Positions 56,708 to 64,000 of a DNA stretch of 64,000 bases are shown in pieces. Each line of letters starts with the position of its first letter. Position 1 is the stretch's first letter. A model generated the notes under the pieces. That model was not told the DNA's origin and made no database searches. It saw only the letters and a list, made by a program, of their open reading frames with translations. A program made the translations under genes and the position numbers. The DNA comes from Alphaproteobacteria bacterium (lineage in GTDB: Bacteria > Pseudomonadota > Alphaproteobacteria > CACIAM-22H2): contig WGNX01000009.1 in the NCBI GenBank assembly GCA_016124335.1, positions 101,658-165,657 of the forward strand, given 5' to 3'.

Positions 56708-57033
56708 AAGAAATATCCTGCTTCAGAAGGCGAGGCTGGCGCAAAAAGAAAGGGCCGCGCCCGAAGGCACGGCCCAAGTTTAGGGAGGAAACGCCCACGA
56801 AACGGCACAAAGGCCATTTCGAGATGCGACAAGTGAATGTCGCAGTGCACAAATTAGATGTTGCGGCGCAAAAATCAAGAGGGTTTCTCTCCCATTTGGA
56901 GGGATTGACCGGGACCGTGGAATTTTCTCCCGCTAACACATTGATTTGAATGATGGATATTTTTGCAACAGTCGCTGTGTAATTTTCGCGGTGCAGCATA
57001 CAAAAATACAGCCGTAGCAAATGGAGCGACCGC

Positions 57034-58239
57034 TTGCCCCGGTGCGGCCGGCACTCCAACAATGCGCGGCGAAAGCGAGGGGTGATGGACGGCGAGGGCT
57101 CGGAACGGGCGGAGGCAGGGTGGGCACGCGGGCGCTTTGACGGCACCGCGCTCGTGGTGACGCTCGGCGGCCGCTGGACCCTTGCCAACGCGCGCAGCCT
57201 CGAGGCGACCCTTGCGCGGCTGGAAACCGGCGGCAGCAAGGCGATGACCCTCGACATGACCAAGGTCGCCGCCATCGACAGCGCAGGCGCGTGGCTGCTC
57301 CATCGACAGATCCTGCGCTGGCAGGAAGCGGGCAGCGAAATCAGCCTTGCCAACGCTTCGCACGCGCAGACCGCACTGCTGGCGCGCATGGCCATCGAAG
57401 GCAGCGAGCGGCGCCCGCTCGCCCGGCCTGCGCTGGGCGCACTGCGCGAACTTGCCATCCGCACCGGCGAAGCGACGGTCGATTTCGCCGCCGAAGCCCA
57501 CGCGCTGGTATCGTTCGTCGGCGCAGTCGCGACGACCTGGGTGCGCGCGCTGCGCCGGCCCGGCCGCGTACGGCTGGTCAGCACCGTCCATCATATCGAG
57601 AGCATCGGCATCGACGCGCTGCCGATCATGGGGCTCCTTGCATTTCTCATCGGCGTGGTGCTGGCCTTCCAGGGAGCCGACCAGCTGCGCCAGTACGGTG
57701 CGGAAGTCTTCACTATCAACCTGCTGGGCGTTTCGGTGCTGCGCGAGATCGGCGTGCTGATCACCGCGATCATGGTGGCCGGGCGCACGGGCAGCGCGTT
57801 CGCCGCCGAAATCGGCACGATGAAAGTGAACCAGGAAGTCGATGCGATGCGCACGCTCGGTCTCGACCCGATGGAAACGCTCGTGCTGCCCCGGCTGATC
57901 GCGCTCGCCATCGCGCTGCCGATGCTCGTCTTCTATGCCGATGCGATGGCGCTGGCCGGCGGTGCGGTGATGGTGATCGTCGGGCTCGACCTTTCGCTCG
58001 CGCAGTTCTTCGAGCAGCTTGCGGGCGCGGTCACGCTGCCGACCTTCGCCATCGGCCTCATCAAGGCGCCGGTCTTCGCCGTCCTCATCGGCATGGTCGC
58101 CTGCTACGAGGGGCTGAAGGTCGCAGGCTCGGCCGAAAGCGTGGGCATCCACACCACGCGCTCGGTCGTGAAGTCGATCTTCCTTGTCATCGTTTTCGAT
58201 GCCGGATTTTCGATCCTCTTCTCGAGGCTCGGCATATGA
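57034..58239 (+). CDS. MlaE-family ABC transporter permease with an N-terminal STAS-like domain
   Basis: STAS-like ...VVTLGGRWTLANARSLEATLARLE..., then the MlaE core; the start may be the internal ATG at 57085. Confidence 0.75.
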   Translation: MPRCGRHSNNARRKRGVMDGEGSERAEAGWARGRFDGTALVVTLGGRWTLANARSLEATLARLETGGSKAMTLDMTKVAAIDSAGAWLLHRQILRWQEAGSEISLANASHAQTALLARMAIEGSERRPLARPALGALRELAIRTGEATVDFAAEAHALVSFVGAVATTWVRALRRPGRVRLVSTVHHIESIGIDALPIMGLLAFLIGVVLAFQGADQLRQYGAEVFTINLLGVSVLREIGVLITAIMVAGRTGSAFAAEIGTMKVNQEVDAMRTLGLDPMETLVLPRLIALAIALPMLVFYADAMALAGGAVMVIVGLDLSLAQFFEQLAGAVTLPTFAIGLIKAPVFAVLIGMVACYEGLKVAGSAESVGIHTTRSVVKSIFLVIVFDAGFSILFSRLGI

Positions 58240-59024
58240 CGGCACCGGTCATCCGCGTGCGCGGCCTCGTCACGCGCTTCGGCGGCCAGACGGTGCACGA
58301 CGGTCTCGATCTCGACGTCCGGCGCGGCGAGATTCTTGCCATCGTGGGCGGCTCGGGCTCGGGCAAGTCGGTTCTGCTGCGCACGATCCTCGGGCTCAAG
58401 CGGCCCGACGGCGGCATGATCGAGGTGCTGGGCAAGAACCTGTCCGATCTCGACGACGACGCGCGCCGACCCGTGCTGCGGCGCATGGGCGTGCTTTTCC
58501 AGGACGGCGCGCTGTTCAGCGCGCGCACGGTCGCGCAAAACATCCGCCTGCCGTTTACGGAACACACGGACCTCGACCACCGGCTCGTCACGCAGCTCAT
58601 CCGCGTGAAACTCGCAATGGTCGGCCTGCCGCAGGAAGCGGGTGCCAAGATACCGGCCGAGCTTTCCGGCGGCATGCGCAAGCGCGCAGGCCTTGCGCGC
58701 GCGATCGCTCTCGACCCGGACGTGCTGTTCCTCGACGAGCCGACGGCAGGGCTCGACCCGATCGGTGCGGCAAAATTCGACGAACTGATCCGCGATCTCC
58801 AGCGCTCGCTGTCGCTGAGCGTGGTGATGATCACCCACGACGTCGACACGCTTTGCGCGATCGCCGATCGCATCGCCGTCCTGCTCGACAAGAAGATGGT
58901 CGTCGGGACGCTGGACGAAATCCGCGCCTACCCCCATCCTTGGGTGCAGGAGTATTTCTCGGGCCCGCGCGGTCGTGCCGCGCAGGCGGGCCACGACATG
59001 CAGGCAGGCCGAAAGGACGACTGA
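58236..59024 (+). CDS. MlaF-like ABC transporter ATP-binding protein
   Basis: GGSGSGKSV, LSGGMRKRAGLARA, LFLDEPTAGLD; 262 aa. Confidence 0.85.
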   Translation: MTAPVIRVRGLVTRFGGQTVHDGLDLDVRRGEILAIVGGSGSGKSVLLRTILGLKRPDGGMIEVLGKNLSDLDDDARRPVLRRMGVLFQDGALFSARTVAQNIRLPFTEHTDLDHRLVTQLIRVKLAMVGLPQEAGAKIPAELSGGMRKRAGLARAIALDPDVLFLDEPTAGLDPIGAAKFDELIRDLQRSLSLSVVMITHDVDTLCAIADRIAVLLDKKMVVGTLDEIRAYPHPWVQEYFSGPRGRAAQAGHDMQAGRKDD

Positions 59025-59027
59025 GCA

Positions 59028-60032
59028 GTGGAAACGCGGGCCAACTATTTCCTCGTCGGCTGCTTCGTGCTGGCGCTTCTGGCTGGCATCTTCACGGCCG
59101 GCATGTGGTTCGCGCGCGCGCAGCTGAACGACGAGAGCACCTACTACTACACGTATTTCCGCGGCGCGGTGACCGGCCTGTCGGTCGGCTCGGTCGTGCG
59201 CTATCGCGGCGTTCCGGTCGGCACCGTCTCCGACATCGCAATCGACAACCAGAATGTAGAGCTCATCCAGGTGACGCTGGCGCTGCGCCCCGACACGCCC
59301 GTGCGCACCGATACGGTCGCGGGTCTCCAGCCGCAGGGCATCACCGGCCTTTCCTTCATCCAGCTTTCCGGCGGGACGCAGGACGCCGAGCCGCTGCGCG
59401 CACGCGCAGGCAAGCGCCGCCCGGTCATTCCTTCGGTGCCCTCGCCCATCGACAAGATCATCGAGGATGCGCCACTGGTCGTCGCACGGCTTGCCGACCT
59501 TGCGGACCGGCTGGCGCTGGTCTTGAGCGATGAAAACGTCCGGAACATCGACCGGCTCCTCGGCAATTCGGCGGATGCAGCCGCCGGACTGGCGCGCGTG
59601 ATGGCCGGGGCCGAAGGGCTGGTGGACGACGCGAAGGGCACGCTCAAGGGCCTCGACAAGACGATGGCCGACGCCGACCGCCTCGCCGTGGAAGCGCGCA
59701 ACCTCGTCGGCGATGCGCAAGTCCTGATGGGCACGGCGCAGCGCGCGATCCGCGATGCGGGCACGATGACGCCGCAGGCCGCGGCGGCCATCGACGAGGT
59801 CCGGCGTGCCGCAGGCGGATTCGGTCGCGTTGCCGACCAACTCGAAAAGCTCGCCGTTTCGACGCGGCCGGGCGTCGAGGATTTCGGCCGCTCCGGGCTC
59901 TACGAGCTCCAGCAATTCATGATCGAAGGGCGCGCGCTGATAACGACGCTCAACCGTGTCGTCGCGAATTTCGAGCGCGACCCGGCGCGCTTCCTGTTCG
60001 GCGACCAGCAGAAGGGAATGGAAGCGAAATGA
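59028..60032 (+). CDS. MlaD/MCE-domain protein
   Basis: N-terminal TM helix and an MCE domain; GTG start. Confidence 0.8.
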   Translation: METRANYFLVGCFVLALLAGIFTAGMWFARAQLNDESTYYYTYFRGAVTGLSVGSVVRYRGVPVGTVSDIAIDNQNVELIQVTLALRPDTPVRTDTVAGLQPQGITGLSFIQLSGGTQDAEPLRARAGKRRPVIPSVPSPIDKIIEDAPLVVARLADLADRLALVLSDENVRNIDRLLGNSADAAAGLARVMAGAEGLVDDAKGTLKGLDKTMADADRLAVEARNLVGDAQVLMGTAQRAIRDAGTMTPQAAAAIDEVRRAAGGFGRVADQLEKLAVSTRPGVEDFGRSGLYELQQFMIEGRALITTLNRVVANFERDPARFLFGDQQKGMEAK

Positions 60033-60661
60033 AACTGCCTGCCCGCGCCATCGCACGCCGCGCCGTTCTGGCGGCGGCCGCGTCCGGACTGGCGGCCTGT
60101 TCGCTGCCCGGCGCCGGCGACCCGCCCCGCCTGTTCACGCTTTCGCCGAAATCGACCTTCGCGCCCGACCTGCCGACCGCACGATGGCAGCTCGCCATCG
60201 AAGCGCCGGTCGCGCCTGGCGGCATCGATACCGCGCGCATCGCCGTCCAGCGTTCGCCGCTGTCGCTCGAATATTTCGCGCGCGCGCAGTGGACCGATAC
60301 GGCACCGCGCATGGTGCAGACGCTCCTGCTCGAGAGCTTCGAGAACACGGGCAAACTCGTCGCCGTCGGGCGCGAATCGTCGAGCCTGCGGCCCGATTTC
60401 CTGCTCAAGGTCGACTTGCGTGAGTTCCAGGCGGAAATGCGCGGCGGAAATGCGCCGGTCGCACATGTGCGGCTTTCGGTGCGGCTCGTCCGCCTGCCCG
60501 AGCGCACCGTCGTGGCAAGCTTCTCCCACGATGCGGTGGAACCGTCCGCCGGCCCGGAAATCGAGAAAGTCGTCATGGCATTCGACGAAGCGCTCGGTGC
60601 GGTCCTGAAGCGCGTGGCCGAGTGGACGCTGCGCACCGGGAACGCCAACGCGCGATCCTAG
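60029..60661 (+). CDS. ABC-type transport auxiliary lipoprotein (DUF330/PqiC-YmbA-like)
   Basis: Lipobox LAACS; 210 aa. Confidence 0.7.
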   Translation: MKLPARAIARRAVLAAAASGLAACSLPGAGDPPRLFTLSPKSTFAPDLPTARWQLAIEAPVAPGGIDTARIAVQRSPLSLEYFARAQWTDTAPRMVQTLLLESFENTGKLVAVGRESSSLRPDFLLKVDLREFQAEMRGGNAPVAHVRLSVRLVRLPERTVVASFSHDAVEPSAGPEIEKVVMAFDEALGAVLKRVAEWTLRTGNANARS

Positions 60662-60691
60662 GCGCGAGTATTTTCAACAGCGGAGTGGAAC

Positions 60692-60961
60692 ATGCCTGCC
60701 GTCGCCGACCGTATCCGGACGAAGCTCGAACAGGCACTCGCACCCGAACAGCTCGATGTCATCGACGATTCGCACCGGCATGCCGGCCACGCCGGCGCGA
60801 ATCCGCTGGGCGAGTCGCACTTCACGGTGCGCGCGACGTCCGCCGCGTTCGCGGGCAAGAGCCGCGTTGACCGCCAACGGCTTGTCTACGGGCTGCTTGC
60901 GGAGGAACTGGCCGATCGCGTGCATGCGCTGGCGCTTGTGCTGCGTGCACCCGGCGAGTGA
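60692..60961 (+). CDS. BolA-family protein
   Basis: 89 aa; ...IDDSHRHAGH...HFTVRATSAAFAGKSRVDRQRLVY. Confidence 0.8.
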   Translation: MPAVADRIRTKLEQALAPEQLDVIDDSHRHAGHAGANPLGESHFTVRATSAAFAGKSRVDRQRLVYGLLAEELADRVHALALVLRAPGE

Positions 60962-61047
60962 GTTTGACCACAAAAATGGTGCTAGGCGTGCCGCTACTTG
61001 TGTGATAGTAGATTAAAAACTTATTAAACCGTAGATAGACGAGCGCG

Positions 61048-61302
61048 ATGGACCTCGACCTGCCACGCAACGTCCGCATCCGGGGGATGCGCACCAGCAT
61101 GCGGCTGGAAGGTTTCTTCTGGCTTGCATTGCGCGACATCGCAAAACGGGCGGGAATTTCGGTCCCGGCGCTGTGCGAACGCATCCTGCGCGAGAATCAC
61201 CGCGGCAACCGGACCTCGGCCGTACGCGTCTTCGTGCTCAACTGGTTTCGCGAAGCGCGCGCACAGCGCATCGGCCGTCGGCGACGCACGAAGGCTGCCT
61301 AG
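61048..61302 (+). CDS. Ribbon-helix-helix-type small DNA-binding protein (hypothetical)
   Basis: 84 aa; MRTSMRLEGFFWLALRDIAKRAGISVPALCERIL. Confidence 0.5.
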   Translation: MDLDLPRNVRIRGMRTSMRLEGFFWLALRDIAKRAGISVPALCERILRENHRGNRTSAVRVFVLNWFREARAQRIGRRRRTKAA

Positions 61303-61847
61303 CCGCGACCGGTATAGTGCTTGGGATAATGCTGGCGGACGACCGGCCCGTCGCTTGCCAGCGCATGGCACGTGTCGAGATGCCCAGGCTTCCTGTCGGG
61401 ATCACCCCTGTTCGAGCGCAGCGGGAAGACTGTCTGTATCGCCGCCGTCGCCATCGCACCGAGGGCAAGCTCGACCAGATGCGTGCACCCCTTGACCCCG
61501 CCAAGCCGCTCGCGCACCTGGCCAGACCAGCCTTTGCCGATCTTCAGCCCGACGAGTGCCGAAAACGCGGGTGTGACCGCCGGGCAGATCTCGAACGGGC
61601 TGGCGTCGGTTGCCGCGGCAACTGCGTGCACGACCAGATCGTCATCGAGCGTGAGGCGAAGCCACATCTCGTGGATCGGCATGCCCGGCTCAAGCCGGCC
61701 GCGCCACTGGTTCTCGAACGTGTAGGCCTTGGTGTCGACAAGATGGCCTTCGATGTCCCACAGGCCGTCGGCGCGGCGGAATCCGCGGCATTCGATTGCG
61801 CGCGTGTGGATCGGTTCGCGCGCGGTGGCAGGCAATGGAAGCGGCAT
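61299..61847 (-). CDS. DUF2889-like hypothetical protein
   Basis: 182 aa; LGGVKGCTHLVELALGA. Confidence 0.5.
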   Translation of the reverse strand: MPLPLPATAREPIHTRAIECRGFRRADGLWDIEGHLVDTKAYTFENQWRGRLEPGMPIHEMWLRLTLDDDLVVHAVAAATDASPFEICPAVTPAFSALVGLKIGKGWSGQVRERLGGVKGCTHLVELALGAMATAAIQTVFPLRSNRGDPDRKPGHLDTCHALASDGPVVRQHYPKHYTGRG

Positions 61848-61915
61848 GGCGGACGCATCTCCGGTCGGGAACGATCGGCCGGATCATCGCGCGTCCGCCC
61901 GCGCGAGGCAAAGCG

Positions 61916-62374
61916 TCAGGTCAGGCCGTAGCCGGCCGAGCCCGAGATGAACGCGTCGCGCTCCTTGAGCCCTTCCTCGACCTCGTCGAGCGCGGTGGCG
62001 TAGAGATCGCGGACCGACACCATGCCGATCAGCCGGCCACGATCCATGACCGGCAGGTGCCGGTAGCCGCGCCGTCGCATCATCTCGAGCGCCGCGAACG
62101 CCGACTCCTCGGGCCCGATCGTGTCGGGATCGCGTGTCATGACGTCGCCCAGATGAACGGTGTCGGGATCGCGCCGCTGCGCGACGACCTTCGAGAGCAG
62201 GTCGCGCTCGGTAAAGATGCCGACGAGGCGTGGCCCCTCGATGACCATCAGCGCGCCGATCCGGCGTTGCGCCATCACCTGGGTTGCGTCGCGCACGGTC
62301 ATGTGCGCGCTTGCCGTCGCGAGGTCCTGAACTCCGGAAATCACGTCGGGCACGATCTTGCGGATCATGGGCAT
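61916..62374 (-). CDS. CBS-domain pair protein
   Basis: Two CBS repeats; real start MPMIRK with a GGGAG RBS. The track ORF over-extends. Confidence 0.8.
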   Translation of the reverse strand: MPMIRKIVPDVISGVQDLATASAHMTVRDATQVMAQRRIGALMVIEGPRLVGIFTERDLLSKVVAQRRDPDTVHLGDVMTRDPDTIGPEESAFAALEMMRRRGYRHLPVMDRGRLIGMVSVRDLYATALDEVEEGLKERDAFISGSAGYGLT

Positions 62375-62471
62375 CTCCCTCAGACCGACCGGCGCCGTGT
62401 CGAAGGACGGTCGTGCGCCGTCGTTGCCGCAATGATAGCGCCCGCTTGCCGCCGCTTGGCAAGCGCCTTCC

Positions 62472-63824
62472 TCAGGCGGCGGTATCCGCCGCCGCCCGCT
62501 TTTCCGCGGTTTCGGCATCCCGCTTTTGCGCCGCCGCATCGCCGATGGCACTGATCCGAAGCGTGGCGACCTGGTTTCTTTTGCGCCGCAATATCTCGAA
62601 ACGCAGCCCGTGGAAGGTATAGACCTGCCCCACTTCGGGGATGCGCCGCGACTCGTGGAGCACGAGGCCTGCGATCGTCGCGGCGTTTTCGTCGGGCAGG
62701 CGCCAGTCGAACTGGCGGTTGAGGTCGCGGATCGTCACGCTGCCGTCGACCACGAAGCTGCCGTCGGATTGCGGGCGTACGCCGGGCATCCGGAACTCGT
62801 GCTTCTCGTCGATCTCGCCGACGATCTCCTCGATGATGTCTTCCAGCGTCACCACGCCCATCAGCGCGCCGTATTCGTCGATGACGACGGCGAAATGCTC
62901 GCGCCGGCGGCGAAACGCCTCGAGCTGGTCGAGCAGCGTCGTCGAATCGGGAATGAACCATGGGCGCGCGGCGACCTGGGCGATATCGATGGCCGAAGGG
63001 TCGCCGCCGTTGGCGCGCAAGGCCGCCAGAAGCGCCTTTGCGTGCAGCACGCCCACGATGTTGTCCTGCGTGCCGCGCCATAGCGGCACGCGCGTATGCG
63101 GGCTCGACAGCGCCTGCTCGAGGATCGCTTCGGGCTTCTGGTCGGCGTCGATGGCGACGACCTGGCGACGATGCACCATGATGTCGGAAACCGCCACGTC
63201 GGCGAGGTCAAGGACCGAGCGCAGCATCTGGCGTTCCTTGCGCACGGTCGCATCGCGGTGCGTGGCGCCGTGCAGCTCGATGGCGCCGCGCAGTTCCTCC
63301 GCCGCAGCCTCGTTCGCTTCGCCGGACGGCGGCACGCGCAAGCCCAGCGCGCGCACGCACGCCGCCGTCACGAGCCGCAGCGCCGTTGCGACCGGGTGCA
63401 GCGCCACCATGACGGCGCGCACGAACGGCGCCAGCGCCAGCGCCGCGCGGTCGGCATTGTTGAGGGCGAGCGTCTTGGGAAGCACCTCGCCGAAGAGGAC
63501 GACTAGGACCGTCATCACGGCCGTCGCATAGGCGACACCCGCCTCGCTGCCGAACCAGGTGATGAAAAGCGACGTCGCGAGCGCCGAGCCAAGGATGTTG
63601 ACGATATTGTTGCCGATCATGATCGCGGCGATGAACTGGTCCTTCGCATCCTTGATGCGGTTGACCAGGCCCGCACGGCGGTTGCCGTTGCGCTCGAGCG
63701 CGTGCATGCGCGGGCGCGAGGCGCCGGTGATGGCGCTTTCCGAGCTGGCGAAGAACGCCGACGCCACGAGAAGCGCCACGACGATCCCGAGGATCCAGAT
63801 TTCGGATGCGGTGAACTCGCTCAT
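62472..63824 (-). CDS. HlyC/CorC (CNNM, TlyC) family transporter: DUF21-CBS-CorC_HlyC
   Basis: 450 aa with the expected domain order. Confidence 0.85.
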   Translation of the reverse strand: MSEFTASEIWILGIVVALLVASAFFASSESAITGASRPRMHALERNGNRRAGLVNRIKDAKDQFIAAIMIGNNIVNILGSALATSLFITWFGSEAGVAYATAVMTVLVVLFGEVLPKTLALNNADRAALALAPFVRAVMVALHPVATALRLVTAACVRALGLRVPPSGEANEAAAEELRGAIELHGATHRDATVRKERQMLRSVLDLADVAVSDIMVHRRQVVAIDADQKPEAILEQALSSPHTRVPLWRGTQDNIVGVLHAKALLAALRANGGDPSAIDIAQVAARPWFIPDSTTLLDQLEAFRRRREHFAVVIDEYGALMGVVTLEDIIEEIVGEIDEKHEFRMPGVRPQSDGSFVVDGSVTIRDLNRQFDWRLPDENAATIAGLVLHESRRIPEVGQVYTFHGLRFEILRRKRNQVATLRISAIGDAAAQKRDAETAEKRAAADTAA

Positions 63825-64000
63825 GCCGCCGCCTCTTCGCTCAGCATTTCGTGCACGCGGCCGATATCGATCCCGGTCGCGACGAATGAGCGGCCGATGC
63901 CGCGCGCGAGAATGAATGTCACCTTTCCGTCGCGTACCTTCTTGTCGTGCTGCATGTGGGCGATGAGGTCCTCGGCACGCCAGCGCCGCTGGCCGGGCAG
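63821..64000 (-). CDS. aroB: 3-dehydroquinate synthase, C-terminal fragment (truncated by the window edge)
   Basis: The reverse complement of 63821..64000 translates in frame to ...WRAEDLIAHMQHDKKVRDGKVTFILARGIGRSFVATGIDIGRVHEMLSEEAAA*, an AroB-like C-terminus; its stop overlaps the CorC start (ATGA). Confidence 0.6.
   Translation of the reverse strand: MPGQRRWRAEDLIAHMQHDKKVRDGKVTFILARGIGRSFVATGIDIGRVHEMLSEEAAA

Noticed and set aside
60962-61047. Short inverted repeat CTACT-N8-AGTAG after the BolA-family gene as a terminator
   Set aside because: The stem is only 5 bp and AT-rich with no T-tract, which is too weak to call.

Overview
High-GC (about 65-68%) proteobacterial chromosomal segment; the gene content looks alphaproteobacterial, Rhizobiales-like. 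It is densely coding, with about 62 CDS, one tRNA-Val, and no transposases, integrases, CRISPR or phage genes. I re-phased the six-frame track by hand; several long ORFs in it are fusions of two adjacent genes sharing a frame.

Ordinary, recognisable content:
- prfC (peptide chain release factor 3), a CspA-type cold-shock protein, hutI-hutU, and a distant N-formylglutamate amidohydrolase.
- A complete livKHMGF branched-chain amino acid importer.
- An EmrAB-type efflux pair with a divergent TetR regulator.
- An MlaEFD-like lipid ABC system with its auxiliary lipoprotein, followed by a BolA-family gene.
- A CorC/HlyC-family transporter gene and the 3' end of aroB (3-dehydroquinate synthase) at the right edge.

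The most interesting part is an uncharacterised catabolic island of roughly 28 kb (9.7-37.8 kb):
- A 7-gene translationally coupled operon: orphan CoxL-like molybdopterin subunit, PotA-like ATPase, IPNS-type 2OG oxygenase, MmgE/PrpD, AllA-like cupin lyase, PuuE-like cyclic-amide hydrolase, Rieske oxygenase alpha.
- A convergent GbcA-like Rieske oxygenase plus a cupin protein.
- The cognate PotBCD-like permeases and binding protein, displaced about 7 kb from their ATPase.
- A KPR-like reductase, a HisC-like aminotransferase and a split TPP decarboxylase (ComDE/Ppd type).
- A LysR regulator divergent from a second, paralogous 2OG oxygenase.
- The soxBDAG heterotetrameric sarcosine oxidase operon.
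- A DadA-like flavoprotein and a polar amino acid importer that has no ATPase gene.

I read this as a candidate new pathway for an N-methylated and/or N-heterocyclic amine whose end product feeds sarcosine oxidase. I cannot assign the substrate from sequence alone.

A second small candidate operon (48.4-52.1 kb) joins 3-hydroxyanthranilate 3,4-dioxygenase, a DapA-family aldolase-type enzyme and another orphan molybdopterin large subunit under a divergent LysR.

All calls rest on motif and family recognition by eye, with no database searches, so families are more reliable than exact functions.
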